Below are positions 18,982 to 29,001 of a DNA stretch of 64,000 bases, piece by piece. The notes beneath the pieces were generated by a model. That model searched no databases. It was given only the letters and a program-made list of their open reading frames with translations, and was not told where the DNA came from. Position numbers and translations under genes: made by a program. The DNA comes from Candidatus Dojkabacteria bacterium (GTDB lineage: Bacteria; Patescibacteriota; Dojkabacteria; SC72). The DNA lies in assembly GCA_016182915.1 (NCBI GenBank), contig JACPFP010000003.1, forward strand, positions 86,788-150,787. The letters are read 5' to 3'. Positions within the stretch are counted from its first letter, which is position 1; every line of letters starts with the position of its first letter.

Positions 18982-20409
18982 ATGGAAAGCAACTACGAAC
19001 TAATAATCGGCCTAGAAGTTCACGTACAATCAAAAACTAAATCAAAGATGTTCTGTAGCTGTGATTCCAACTACTTTAATACCCCACCGAATACACATGT
19101 TTGTCCCGTATGTTTCGGACTCCCCGGTGCCCTTCCTGTTCCAAACAGAAGAGCGGTTGAACTATGTATAAAGACAAGTCTTGCACTTAACTGTGAGATT
19201 AGCAAAGACACTAAGTTTGATCGTAAAAACTACTTCTATCCTGACCTTCCAAAAGGCTTTCAGATATCACAGTATGACAAACCAATCGGGCTTAATGGAA
19301 ATCTTGAAATAGAAACTGTGAGTGGATTAAAGCGAATTGGGATTACAAGAGTACATCAAGAAGAAGATACTGGGAAGTCTATTCATAACAATGGAGAAAC
19401 ATTTTTAGACTTTAACAAGTCCGGAGTACCGCTGATTGAAATTGTATCAGAGCCTGATTTTAGAACAAAAGAGGAAGTAACTACATACTGTAAAAGATTA
19501 AGGCAAATAGTTAGGTACCTAAAAATCTCAAATGCAGATATGGAAAGAGGAGAGATGAGATTCGAACTTAATATGTCCCTTCGTAAAGCAGGTGAGACCT
19601 CCCTTCCAAACTATAAAGTTGAAGTAAAAAATATCGCATCGATCTCTGTATTAGAAAAGGTAATCGATTACGAAATTAGAAGGCAGAGTGAGATATTAGA
19701 CCAAGGTGAAACCCCAAAACAGGAAACAAGAGGATTAATCGATATGACAGGGGAAACAACCTCTCAGAGATCTAAAGAAAACGAAGCTGATTATAGATAT
19801 TTCCCAGAGCCTGATATACCACTAATTGAGATATCTGATGAGATGATTTCTAAGATTAGAAAGGAATTGGTTGAACTTCCACAACAGAAAAAGGAAAGGT
19901 ATATAAAGGACTTTGGGATAGAGGCATCTAATGCAGAAACTATTATTTCTGATGTACAAACATATAAAGAGTTTGAGACCCTTGTTAAAAATACTGACAA
20001 AGCAGTTATCTTTGAAGTCGCAAAGTGGTATACAGGGGAATACTTTGCACTGCAAAATAACTCCATAAAAAATTCAAACTTCTCCCCTTCCTCACTTGTT
20101 GAACTAGTAACACTAGTTACAGAAAAGAAAATAACCAGAGCAAATGCAAAAGATGCGTTAATTGAGAGCTATACTACCGGAAAAACGATAGAAGAAATTA
20201 TAAAAGAGAAGGGATATGAAGTTGTAAGTGATATGGGACAGATTGAAAAAGTTGTAGACACAATAATGAGTAGCAACCCTAAAGCCGTAGATGATGCAAG
20301 AAAGAATCCAAATGCAGCCATGTTCCTTGTAGGACAGGCTATGAGAGAACTTAAGGGCCAGGCTGATGCACAGAGTGTCAAAGATTTAATTATGAGTAAG
20401 TTAAAGTAG
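18982..20409 (+). CDS. gatB: Asp/Glu-tRNA amidotransferase subunit B
   Basis: Full-length 475 aa GatB; conserved N-terminal ELIIGLEVH. Confidence 0.95.
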   Translation: MESNYELIIGLEVHVQSKTKSKMFCSCDSNYFNTPPNTHVCPVCFGLPGALPVPNRRAVELCIKTSLALNCEISKDTKFDRKNYFYPDLPKGFQISQYDKPIGLNGNLEIETVSGLKRIGITRVHQEEDTGKSIHNNGETFLDFNKSGVPLIEIVSEPDFRTKEEVTTYCKRLRQIVRYLKISNADMERGEMRFELNMSLRKAGETSLPNYKVEVKNIASISVLEKVIDYEIRRQSEILDQGETPKQETRGLIDMTGETTSQRSKENEADYRYFPEPDIPLIEISDEMISKIRKELVELPQQKKERYIKDFGIEASNAETIISDVQTYKEFETLVKNTDKAVIFEVAKWYTGEYFALQNNSIKNSNFSPSSLVELVTLVTEKKITRANAKDALIESYTTGKTIEEIIKEKGYEVVSDMGQIEKVVDTIMSSNPKAVDDARKNPNAAMFLVGQAMRELKGQADAQSVKDLIMSKLK

Positions 20410-20410
20410 G

Positions 20411-20701
20411 ATGAAAAAAAACATAACTGTTGAAGATGTAAAAAAGATAGCTATTCTCGCTCATATTGAATTAACAGATGAGGAGGCAATTACTTATGCA
20501 AAACAAATAGGTGCAATACTCACTTATGTAGAGAAGTTGAATGAAGTCGACACAAAAGGGGTTGAATTTAAATCTCAGACTGATTTGAAGAACGTCTTTA
20601 GAGAAGATATCCCAAAGCCATCACTCGATCAGAAAGATGTACTTAGAAATAGATTGAGTAAGTCAAAAGGGGGGAGTTTAGTTATATCAAGTGTACTATA
20701 A
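20411..20701 (+). CDS. gatC: Asp/Glu-tRNA amidotransferase subunit C
   Basis: 96 aa; position between gatB and gatA; GatC-like sequence. Confidence 0.85.
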   Translation: MKKNITVEDVKKIAILAHIELTDEEAITYAKQIGAILTYVEKLNEVDTKGVEFKSQTDLKNVFREDIPKPSLDQKDVLRNRLSKSKGGSLVISSVL

Positions 20702-22141
20702 ATGAAAAATCTATATGAATTAACAGTTGTAGAAGCCCTAAAGCTACTAGAGAGTAGAGAGATAACTTCCTTTGAGTTAGTAACCTCGTGTTTAAATAGG
20801 ATTGAAGAGATGGAACCAACTATTAATGCTTTTATCCATATTTCAAAAGAAAGTGCATTAGAACAGGCAAAAGCGATAGATGAGAAAAGGGCAAAAGGAG
20901 AGAAACTTGGAAGGCTTGCAGGCATCCCCTATTCTCTTAAAGATGTCTATAATACTAAAGATCTGCCTACAACAGCCGGTTCAAAGGTTTTGGAAGGATA
21001 CGTCTCTCCATACGACGCAACTGTTCAGAGAAAACTACAGAGTAAAGATGCCATATTGATTGGTAAGACAAACTGTGATCCTTTTGGCTTCGGTTCTTCA
21101 ACTGAAAATTCAGCATACGGTATAACACATAATCCGATAGATACAGAGAGAGTTCCGGGAGGGTCAAGTGGTGGATCCGGAGCTGCTGTACAGTATGGTG
21201 GTGGACTTTTCTCAATAGGTGAAGATACTGGAGGATCTATAAGATGCCCAGCCTCTTTCTGTGGAATAGTCGGTTTAAAGCCAACATACGGAAGGGTTTC
21301 CAGATATGGGTCAATCGCCTACGCTTCATCCTACGACACTGTTGGTCCTATGACTAAGGATGTACGTGACAGCGCCCTAATTCTTGAGATAATTGCGGGA
21401 ATTGATGAGCTGGACGCTACTACCTCGAACGACCCAGTGCCTACATATCAATCAACATTAGACACCTCACTTAAGGGGAAAAGGGTTGGGGTTGTAAAAG
21501 AGTATTTAGGAGAAGGCGTTGATAGTGACGTTAAAGACGCCATACTAAAAGCTATTGAAGTATACAAAGAACTAGGTTGTGAGATAGTTGAAATCTCCCT
21601 ACCTAATACTGAATATGCTATAGCAGCATACTATGTTATAGGCATAAGTGAGGCAAGTTCAAACCTTGCACGAATGGATGGAATTAGGTTCGGTCTTGAT
21701 GTTAATACGAATGAGTGGAAAGAGAAGATAATTAAAACCAGAGGAGAAGGCTTCTCACCAGAAGAGAAAAGAAGGGTAATGGTTGGTACATACGCTCTTT
21801 CAGCAGGATATGCAGATAAATATTATAACAAAGCACAACAGGTTCGTGCAGTTTTGAAGCAGGATATGCTAAAAGCTTTCGAAAATGTAGACATTCTCTT
21901 AACTCCAACAATGCCAGTAACGGCACCAAAAATCGGTGAAAATACAGATGATCCTCTAAAAATGTGGTTAATGGATGCATTTACAGTAACGATAAACCCA
22001 GTTGGTGTCCCGGCCCTATCGATACCAGCAGGTAAAGATAGTAACGGGATGCCTATAGGAATGCAGTTGATTGGGCCACATTTCGGAGAAGATATATTGT
22101 ATAACTTTGCATATCAGTATGAACAGAAAGTTAAGGAATAG
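20702..22141 (+). CDS. gatA: Glu-tRNA(Gln) amidotransferase subunit A (amidase)
   Basis: Amidase signature GGSSGGS; 479 aa. Confidence 0.95.
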   Translation: MKNLYELTVVEALKLLESREITSFELVTSCLNRIEEMEPTINAFIHISKESALEQAKAIDEKRAKGEKLGRLAGIPYSLKDVYNTKDLPTTAGSKVLEGYVSPYDATVQRKLQSKDAILIGKTNCDPFGFGSSTENSAYGITHNPIDTERVPGGSSGGSGAAVQYGGGLFSIGEDTGGSIRCPASFCGIVGLKPTYGRVSRYGSIAYASSYDTVGPMTKDVRDSALILEIIAGIDELDATTSNDPVPTYQSTLDTSLKGKRVGVVKEYLGEGVDSDVKDAILKAIEVYKELGCEIVEISLPNTEYAIAAYYVIGISEASSNLARMDGIRFGLDVNTNEWKEKIIKTRGEGFSPEEKRRVMVGTYALSAGYADKYYNKAQQVRAVLKQDMLKAFENVDILLTPTMPVTAPKIGENTDDPLKMWLMDAFTVTINPVGVPALSIPAGKDSNGMPIGMQLIGPHFGEDILYNFAYQYEQKVKE

Positions 22142-22151
22142 CCCCTTACTT

Positions 22152-22180
22152 TTGGATTCTTTACAATATTTTGGTAGAAT
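22152..22180 (+). promoter_or_regulatory. sigma70-like promoter (TTGGAT-17-TAGAAT) upstream of tRNA-Leu
   Basis: -35/-10 hexamers with 17-nt spacer, 15 nt before the tRNA 5' end. Confidence 0.4.
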
Positions 22181-22195
22181 ACACTGTACTTTTAT

Positions 22196-22284
22196 GCCGG
22201 GGTGGTGAAATTGGCAGACACGCATGGCTTAGGACCATGTGGGAATAAAATCCCTTGCAGGTTCAACTCCTGTCCTCGGCACCA
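22196..22284 (+). tRNA. tRNA-Leu(TAG)
   Basis: Long variable arm; anticodon loop CUUAGGA; CCA encoded. Confidence 0.9.
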
Positions 22285-22304
22285 TAATCTTGATTAATTA
22301 TAAT

Positions 22305-22538
22305 ATGATACTTAAACAGTTAGTTTCACCCTTCCAGAAGGTACTTCTTGCTAGAAGACTTTGTGTTGGGTGTACACATCCCTTAGATAGGGCACAGAGA
22401 GTAATGGCTCTAACAGATAGTAGAACCCTCCTTCAGTGTAAATGTAAAAGAAGATATGTATACGATAAAGAGCTAGGAAACTATAGACGAGCGACATTTG
22501 AAGAGGAAAGACTTTTCATTGAGAGAAAAAAACAGTAA
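22305..22538 (+). CDS. small C4 zinc-finger protein (start trimmed to clear tRNA-Leu)
   Basis: CVGC...CKCK motif; the tracked ORF's N-terminus overlaps tRNA-Leu. Confidence 0.35.
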   Translation: MILKQLVSPFQKVLLARRLCVGCTHPLDRAQRVMALTDSRTLLQCKCKRRYVYDKELGNYRRATFEEERLFIERKKQ

Positions 22539-22541
22539 AAT

Positions 22542-22614
22542 ACACAGACGTGCCGCTATCGTCTATCGGTTTAGGACAACGGGTTTTCATCCCGTAAAGC
22601 AGGGTTCAACTCCC
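22542..22614 (+). tRNA. tRNA-Glu(TTC)
   Basis: Acceptor GCCGCTA/TAGCGGC; anticodon loop UUUUCAU. Confidence 0.85.
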
Positions 22615-22649
22615 TGTAGCGGCAAGATTATTATTTAACTGCCTAAAAA

Positions 22650-23261
22650 ATGAACAATAGCATGTACGAGGTTGATAATACACCTCCAACGACTTATGAG
22701 AAGATTTCAAGCTTTTTCGCTGTATTAGGTGGTTTTATATTCTCTAGTATTGAGGCTATAGTTGTTGCATTAGCAATATCTGTTGTTCTTTATCTATTTT
22801 TTATGACACCACACGAAGTAGTTGGCACTTCAATGGTACCAAACTTCCAAAACGGTGAACACTTAATTGCAAATAAGATTATATATAGCATATCCAAACC
22901 AAAGCGAGGTGATGTTGTTATTTTCAAATACTCAGAAACCCAAGACTTTATTAAAAGAGTAATTGGACTCCCAGGTGATTCAATATCTCTTAAAGATGGT
23001 AGATACTATATAAATGACGTCCTCCTAGATGAATCTGAGTATCTCGCATCTGTTGTGTATACGAGTGGTGGTGACTTCCTCCATGAAGGAGAAACCGTAA
23101 CTATCGATGAAGATATGTATTTTGTATCAGGAGATAACCGCCCTCACAGTTCTGATTCAAGGGAGTTTGGACCTGTTTCTGTAGATAGTATAAAAGGAAA
23201 AGCCTGGCTCGTTTACTACCCATTCAGTGAATTTAGAATAGTTAAACACGCAAAGTATTAA
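22650..23261 (+). CDS. lepB: Signal peptidase I
   Basis: GTSMVP (Ser box), KRVIGLPGD (Lys box), VSGDNRPHSSDSREFG. Confidence 0.8.
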   Translation: MNNSMYEVDNTPPTTYEKISSFFAVLGGFIFSSIEAIVVALAISVVLYLFFMTPHEVVGTSMVPNFQNGEHLIANKIIYSISKPKRGDVVIFKYSETQDFIKRVIGLPGDSISLKDGRYYINDVLLDESEYLASVVYTSGGDFLHEGETVTIDEDMYFVSGDNRPHSSDSREFGPVSVDSIKGKAWLVYYPFSEFRIVKHAKY

Positions 23262-23301
23262 TACTTTACATATGGGCGTGAAACACACTATACTGATATA
23301 A

Positions 23302-24090
23302 ATGAAAGTATTTGTAATTGCAAATCAAAAAGGTGGAGTAGGGAAAACTACGACTACTATCAATCTAGGAGCTAGCCTTGCAAAAGCAGGCAAGAGGGTT
23401 CTTCTCATAGATCTAGATCCACAAGCCAACCTGACTTCCGGAGTAGGGTTTTCTCAACAATTTAGTAAAGATAGTTGGCAGAATACCGACACAGCACCAT
23501 ACAAAAGTATCTATGATGTACTCATTGAGAAACTACCTATCTCTTCAGCTTTTGTAACTACTTCAATAGAGAATATGCTCCTAGTCCCCTCTCACCTCTC
23601 ACTTGCAGGAGCAGAGATAGAGATGGTTAATATGCTTTCCAGGGAGACGCTTCTTAAAAACGCCATAAAAGACTTTAAGGAAGATGTTGATTATGTACTT
23701 ATAGACTGTCCTCCATCGCTTGGACTTCTAACAATCAATGCGTTGTGTGCAGCTGATGAGCTAGTCATCCCAATCCAATGCGAATACTTTGCTTTAGAAG
23801 GGCTTGGACAACTTCTGCATACAACTAAGCTAATAAAGACTGTAAATCCACAACTGAATATTGGAGGTGTAGTATTAACTATGTTTGATAGTAGAACAAA
23901 ATTATCTGAGAGTGTTGTTAATGACGTAAAAGAGTTTTTCAAAGATACAATGTTTCAGACAATTGTTCCTAGAAATGTAAGACTATCAGAAGCACCTTCG
24001 CATGGAAAAACAATTGTAGAATATGATCCCAATTCAACAGGTGGAATTGCATACGCATCACTTGCCCATGAGTTTATTAAGCGATTTTGA
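23302..24090 (+). CDS. parA: Chromosome partitioning ATPase ParA/Soj
   Basis: Deviant Walker A KGGVGKTTT. Confidence 0.9.
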   Translation: MKVFVIANQKGGVGKTTTTINLGASLAKAGKRVLLIDLDPQANLTSGVGFSQQFSKDSWQNTDTAPYKSIYDVLIEKLPISSAFVTTSIENMLLVPSHLSLAGAEIEMVNMLSRETLLKNAIKDFKEDVDYVLIDCPPSLGLLTINALCAADELVIPIQCEYFALEGLGQLLHTTKLIKTVNPQLNIGGVVLTMFDSRTKLSESVVNDVKEFFKDTMFQTIVPRNVRLSEAPSHGKTIVEYDPNSTGGIAYASLAHEFIKRF

Positions 24091-24112
24091 CTAATTTGTT
24101 AACATTATTGTA

Positions 24113-24970
24113 ATGGCAGAAAATCAAAGATTAGGGAAAGGATTGGCAGCATTAATAAGTTCGGAGAAGATATCAAACAGTTCTGGAGCATATAATGAGA
24201 ACTTTGATATAACAAAGATATCACCAAACCCATACCAACCTAGAATGCACATAAATCCGGAAGAACTCATTGAGATTGCCGACTCTATAAAAGAGCACGG
24301 AATAATTCAGCCATTAATTATTACAAAGGACGAGGGATCTGATAGGTACTTTTTAATTGCAGGAGAGAGAAGATATAGGGCCTCACAACTTGCAGGGCTT
24401 AAAACTGTACCTGTAGTTATAAAGGATGCTTCCCCACAGCAGATGCTTGAGCTGGCTCTAATTGAAAATATACAAAGACAAGACCTTAATCCCCTTGAAG
24501 AGGCTGTAGCGTTTAAACAGCTACAAGAGGAATTCAACCTAACTCAAAGTGCAATTGCTAAGAAAGTCGGGTTAAGTAGAGTCGCTATTACAAATAAGAT
24601 TAGGCTCCTAGGGCTCCCTGAGGAGGTCAAGGAGGCCGTACTTAATGAAAAGCTGTCAGAAGGTCATGCACGTGCTTTACTAGGCATTACAGACCAATCA
24701 TCACTCGTAGCGGCCGCTAGCATTGTAATGAGAAGAGGACTAAGCGTAAGAGAGACGGAACAGATGGTAAGAAAGATTAATTATGGAAGAACAACGTCCA
24801 AGCAGACAGATGAAGATGTGATGAAATATATTAGTGATGTTGCAAAGAGACTATCTTCAAGGATTGGATACACCGCACAGATTACCAAACTAAGTAATGG
24901 TGGGAAGATAGTAATCAGATATAATAGTACAAAGGAATTAGATGATATAGTAAAGAAAATGGGAGTATAA
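24113..24970 (+). CDS. parB: Chromosome partitioning protein ParB/Spo0J
   Basis: ParB box GERRYRA; HTH region; directly follows parA. Confidence 0.9.
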   Translation: MAENQRLGKGLAALISSEKISNSSGAYNENFDITKISPNPYQPRMHINPEELIEIADSIKEHGIIQPLIITKDEGSDRYFLIAGERRYRASQLAGLKTVPVVIKDASPQQMLELALIENIQRQDLNPLEEAVAFKQLQEEFNLTQSAIAKKVGLSRVAITNKIRLLGLPEEVKEAVLNEKLSEGHARALLGITDQSSLVAAASIVMRRGLSVRETEQMVRKINYGRTTSKQTDEDVMKYISDVAKRLSSRIGYTAQITKLSNGGKIVIRYNSTKELDDIVKKMGV

Positions 24971-24975
24971 AGAGA

Positions 24976-25728
24976 TTATTTGTATCCCTTTACTTCTTGC
25001 TTAAGCTTTTCATAACAAACCACTGCAGTTGCGGCGCCTACGTTTAGTGATCCAAGGCCCTCTCTCATAGGAATAGAAATATTCTCATCTACTCTCTCTG
25101 CAACCCTAGATGATATACCAACATCTTCAGCACCGAGTACAAATGCAACTGGACCGCGAAGATCAGTATTGTAGTACTCCTTACCCTCCATACTTACACC
25201 AAAGATTTTTATCCCTTCCTTGTTCATTACTCCCATCGCTGAGAATAGGTTCATTTCGACAATTGGAATTCTTGCCGCTGCACCCATAGAAACCCTTAAG
25301 CTCTCATTAGTTAGGAAGTTTTCCGACTTAATTGGGGTAATGATTCCATTTACTCCACTTGCATATGCAGTACGTAGGATAGCTCCAATGTTTAGGTCAT
25401 ACTTCAAATGGTCAAGGAGAAGAAAGAATGGATATACACCTTCCTTATGAATCTTCTCAAGAAGCTCATCAAGTCTCCACATATTATCAGCCTCCATGAG
25501 TCCGATAATACTTTCAATTGATGCAGTTTTAGAAAGTCTCTCCATAAACTTACGGGAAACTTTCTCAACCTTTATTCTTCTCTTTCCAGCTATCTGAATA
25601 ATCTCCTGTGTCTTAACATCTTTATACGCGTTTAATGCGGCATAGATCTTCTCAAATGATTTCCCCTCTTGAAGTAGCTCAAGAATTGCATTCTTGCTCT
25701 CAATTTGAATGAATTTGGTCCTTGGCAT
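24976..25728 (-). CDS. TrmH/SpoU-family RNA 2'-O-methyltransferase (RlmB-like)
   Basis: SPOUT C-terminal motifs (LGAEDVGIS..., GSLNVGAA). Confidence 0.8.
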   Translation of the reverse strand: MPRTKFIQIESKNAILELLQEGKSFEKIYAALNAYKDVKTQEIIQIAGKRRIKVEKVSRKFMERLSKTASIESIIGLMEADNMWRLDELLEKIHKEGVYPFFLLLDHLKYDLNIGAILRTAYASGVNGIITPIKSENFLTNESLRVSMGAAARIPIVEMNLFSAMGVMNKEGIKIFGVSMEGKEYYNTDLRGPVAFVLGAEDVGISSRVAERVDENISIPMREGLGSLNVGAATAVVCYEKLKQEVKGYK

Positions 25729-25994
25729 TAATTTGCAGGTATAACATCAACATAGAATTGATTTCTTTTGTATCCAGTCATACGTCTAAACTGGACAAGT
25801 CCTTCTGCTACTGCGTATATACTAAAATCGTTACCCATCTTTGTATTCTTTCCTGGGTGGTATATAGATCCTCTCTGCTTAACAATGATATTTCCAATGA
25901 TTGCTTTCTGACCTGCAGATTTCTTTATTCCAAGCCTTTTTCCGGCTACATTTGGACCAATTGTAACTGCACCACCACTTTTTACGTGCGACAT
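25728..25994 (-). CDS. rpmA: 50S ribosomal protein L27
   Basis: KRLG.K..G...IIG.IIVKQRG..YHPG.N motif pattern. Confidence 0.85.
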   Translation of the reverse strand: MSHVKSGGAVTIGPNVAGKRLGIKKSAGQKAIIGNIIVKQRGSIYHPGKNTKMGNDFSIYAVAEGLVQFRRMTGYKRNQFYVDVIPAN

Positions 25995-26012
25995 TTTCTA
26001 TATTCGAACAAT

Positions 26013-27182
26013 TTATATCTTCTTTGATAGGACAAAAATATTGCGCTTAATAATACTATTAGATCGCTTCCAATGCAAGTCCCTTTCTACAAGATTACTA
26101 TCTACTCGCCATTTTTTACTCACAATACTATTTAAGCTCAGGGTTAGCCAGCCGTTATGTGTCTTATATGATGGGATTACGATAACAGCCTTGAAGTCGG
26201 TTAGTTTGATATGTTCAAGGGTCTCAAAAAGCTTCTTATACATCTCTTCTACCCCAACTAGAAGCTTATTTGCTTTAGCTTGTGAGAGGGGTTTGAATTG
26301 AGGGGGGCCCATAAATGGCTCACAAACCACACCTTTTATGGTTGTTCTTCTTAAGTCTCTAACGGTCCTGCTGTCTGGATTCAAAACATCAAATTGAAAG
26401 ATATTAACACCAACGCTATTCAGCTTATTGTCCGCAGCTAACCACTCAATATTCTTTTTTGTACCTGCTACAGCCTCAGGATCAATATCAGATCCAATTA
26501 CATTATACCCGTTCATTAATGCAACAAGGGGAATAGTACCGGAGCCACAGAATGGATCCCAGATTGTTTCCCCAATCTTTAACCCCAGGAGGTTGACCAT
26601 TATAGTAGCTAACTTTGCAGGAAGCACCCCCATCTCCTTATTGGTATATGGTTTATCATATTCGACTGTTGCAAACCTATTTATATCCTGAACAGCAAGG
26701 GTCTTTCCGTAGAACTGTTTCCCTTCGTAGTCGAATATTACAATTTCAAATCCCTTCTCAAGTATTTTATTATGTATTACCTGAGCACTATCAAGGAGAA
26801 GACCGTTAGGTATAACGTAACGTGAGGATACACCCCTGCTTTTAAGTAGGTCCTTTACCTGCTCAAGTACGTCTTTAATATTGGATTTAGAATATTTACT
26901 TGCTTTGTCTGTATATATGCTAAGTCCAAAGGTTATCTTGGTTCTATCTCCCACCTCATCAAGAATGAGGTCGATGTCATCATATCTCACTCCGCATGAG
27001 ATGAAGCCCCCAAGCCTATTAAAAAGGCGTGCTATAGCGTCAGGCGTCTCTTTACTATCTAAAACAATGTAGTCTGGCTTGAATTCGAAATTGTGTACAG
27101 AGGGTATATTTGAACTTACCACAGAAATTAATTCTGCTTTCGATAGGTCATAATTCCTTCCTGGTATGAAAAAATATTTCAT
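26013..27182 (-). CDS. Putative RNA (guanine-N2) methyltransferase, RlmL/Trm11-like (UPF0020 family)
   Basis: DPFCGSGT motif I; N-terminal THUMP-like region; located between rplU and rpmA. Confidence 0.55.
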   Translation of the reverse strand: MKYFFIPGRNYDLSKAELISVVSSNIPSVHNFEFKPDYIVLDSKETPDAIARLFNRLGGFISCGVRYDDIDLILDEVGDRTKITFGLSIYTDKASKYSKSNIKDVLEQVKDLLKSRGVSSRYVIPNGLLLDSAQVIHNKILEKGFEIVIFDYEGKQFYGKTLAVQDINRFATVEYDKPYTNKEMGVLPAKLATIMVNLLGLKIGETIWDPFCGSGTIPLVALMNGYNVIGSDIDPEAVAGTKKNIEWLAADNKLNSVGVNIFQFDVLNPDSRTVRDLRRTTIKGVVCEPFMGPPQFKPLSQAKANKLLVGVEEMYKKLFETLEHIKLTDFKAVIVIPSYKTHNGWLTLSLNSIVSKKWRVDSNLVERDLHWKRSNSIIKRNIFVLSKKI

Positions 27183-27185
27183 TAA

Positions 27186-27536
27186 CTACTTTTTAGAATT
27201 TTTAATCTTCTTGACTTCTAAACGAGTTACTAATGGTCTACTTCCGTAGGACCTTCTATATCTAGCCTTAGCTTTATATTTGAAGATATCGATCTTCTTT
27301 CCCTTCTTCTGTGAATCTATTACAAATTCAACAGAGGCGCCGTCAATATATGGCTTTCCAATCTCAACGTTCTCTCCATCTGCAATGAGCAATACCTTTT
27401 CAGATACATACTTATCACCTTTCTCACCTGCAAGTTTCTTTCCTTCAACCATATCTCCTTCAGAAAGTCTGGCTTGTGTTCCATTGATATCTACAATTGC
27501 GTATTTCTTTGTAATTTCTTTTGTGGTTTCAGACAT
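27186..27536 (-). CDS. rplU: 50S ribosomal protein L21
   Basis: YAIVDINGTQARLSEGD N-terminus typical of bL21. Confidence 0.85.
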   Translation of the reverse strand: MSETTKEITKKYAIVDINGTQARLSEGDMVEGKKLAGEKGDKYVSEKVLLIADGENVEIGKPYIDGASVEFVIDSQKKGKKIDIFKYKAKARYRRSYGSRPLVTRLEVKKIKNSKK

Positions 27537-27562
27537 AACATTGGATTTTAATTTAATAACTG

Positions 27563-28861
27563 CTAATTGTCAATAAAAAGCTTATGATTCATTATACTTT
27601 GTATAAGTCCCAATGAGAAGAAGGTGGCGAGCATTATACTCCCTCCTGCACTTACAAGGGGTAGTGGAATTCCAGTGGCTGGGGTGATGCCCATATTCGT
27701 TCCAAGGTTAATGAATACTTCCAGAAGGATTTTCATACCTAGCGCCACTACTAATGTTGTAGCAAAAAGATCTCCTTTTGTGATAATTGGGAATCTGAAT
27801 ATTGCAATAAACATGGCAATATAGAGTAGGACGAGAATTGTAGATCCTAATAGTCCTGCTTGCTCAGCATATGAGGCAAAAATAAAGTCGGTTTGATGTT
27901 CTGGAAGGAAGTCTCTGCTTGCCTGTGTCCCCTTTCCAAAACCCTTTCCAAAGATTCTTCCCGACCCTATCGCTATTTTAGCCTGATCTACATTAAATGT
28001 GCTACTTGCATCTGCACTTTCCGGACTGATAAAAGAGGTTATTCTTTCCTTCTGATATGGAAGAAGGATTGAATTCCATGAATAGCTTAAAAAGAGGCCT
28101 GAAAAAACAGATATTGAAAAACAAATGGCCGCAAGTGCCATCCAATTTTTTCTTGAGAATGCAGAGTATATGAATATAACAATACCGAAAAAGAGAAGGA
28201 CGAGGAAGAAGTAGTCTTTGAATACTAAGATTCCCCATATACCTATAATAGTTGAGAGAATTATTGCTAGCATAAGGAAATTTCTAAACTGCTCACGAAG
28301 GGAGAAGAATATTGTAATAGCCCAAATTAAAAATAAAACGAGTGTCATACTTCCATGAGGTTGCATATATACCAGAATAAGGATTGGAAGGACAAGTAGG
28401 AGTGAAATTGGAACTAAGGCGTATTCACTATATTTATCCTGTAAAGTCATTACATATGCGGTAACTATAATTACAACGATTTTTGCAAATTCTGAGGGTT
28501 GTAACTGAACACCACCGAATGAGAACCACCGTTGGGCACCTTTTACCTCTTCTCCAAAAAGGAGAGTGAGGATTAGAAGAAGAATAGTAGAGCCATAAAG
28601 AAGATAAAGCAAAGGTTTGTACTTAAGATATGAATGGTCAACATGGCTTAGGAGGTAGTAGGAGGTGATACCTATAAGGACAAAGATAATTTGTTTAGTT
28701 GCAATCGCGGGTATAGCACCGCTTGATATGAATTCAGGCCCTGTGGAAATTAAGGTAACAATACCAATTATTGAAAGTATAATAGCTGGAATAATCAGGA
28801 GAGGAGATATCTTAAATCTTTTTTCCTTTCTTATAATCTGCATACTGTCTAATAACCTCAA
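27563..28861 (-). CDS. ftsW: SEDS-family peptidoglycan glycosyltransferase FtsW/RodA
   Basis: 10-TM SEDS architecture; conserved C-terminal motifs; adjacent to ftsZ. Annotated start is a TTG, and the true start may be the downstream Met. Confidence 0.8.
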   Translation of the reverse strand: MRLLDSMQIIRKEKRFKISPLLIIPAIILSIIGIVTLISTGPEFISSGAIPAIATKQIIFVLIGITSYYLLSHVDHSYLKYKPLLYLLYGSTILLLILTLLFGEEVKGAQRWFSFGGVQLQPSEFAKIVVIIVTAYVMTLQDKYSEYALVPISLLLVLPILILVYMQPHGSMTLVLFLIWAITIFFSLREQFRNFLMLAIILSTIIGIWGILVFKDYFFLVLLFFGIVIFIYSAFSRKNWMALAAICFSISVFSGLFLSYSWNSILLPYQKERITSFISPESADASSTFNVDQAKIAIGSGRIFGKGFGKGTQASRDFLPEHQTDFIFASYAEQAGLLGSTILVLLYIAMFIAIFRFPIITKGDLFATTLVVALGMKILLEVFINLGTNMGITPATGIPLPLVSAGGSIMLATFFSLGLIQSIMNHKLFIDN

Positions 28862-29000
28862 TTAGTAGGAGTAAGGAATCATCAAGGGTTCCAATCACAG
28901 GTAGTCTATCTGGTAGAAAGTCTAGTGGAACAAGCACGTATATTAAAACTACAATCAAGAGCCAATGCTTCTGCACAAATGATGGTTTGGTATCTTCCAT
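28812..29000 (-). CDS. DUF1232 (YkvA-like) small membrane protein
   Basis: PLDFLPDRLPVIGTLDD matches the DUF1232 signature recalled from memory. Confidence 0.5.
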   Translation of the reverse strand: MEDTKPSFVQKHWLLIVVLIYVLVPLDFLPDRLPVIGTLDDSLLLLIEVIRQYADYKKGKKI

Positions 29001-29001
29001 C

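Noticed and set aside
20169-22225. Multiple small antisense ORFs inside gatB/gatA (20169..20381, 20967..21215, 21732..21980, 22016..22225) and similar ORFs inside ftsZ, ftsA, the S8 protease and others
   Set aside because: They are fully nested antisense to confidently assigned conserved genes, have low-complexity or odd composition, and lack any family resemblance.
22239-22304. N-terminus of ORF 22239..22538
   Set aside because: Overlaps tRNA-Leu(TAG) on the same strand. Trimmed to the internal ATG at 22305.
23302-24970. oriC / DnaA-box cluster near parAB
   Set aside because: Only isolated single near-matches to TTATCCACA (for example near position 50) and no clustered boxes, so no origin call.
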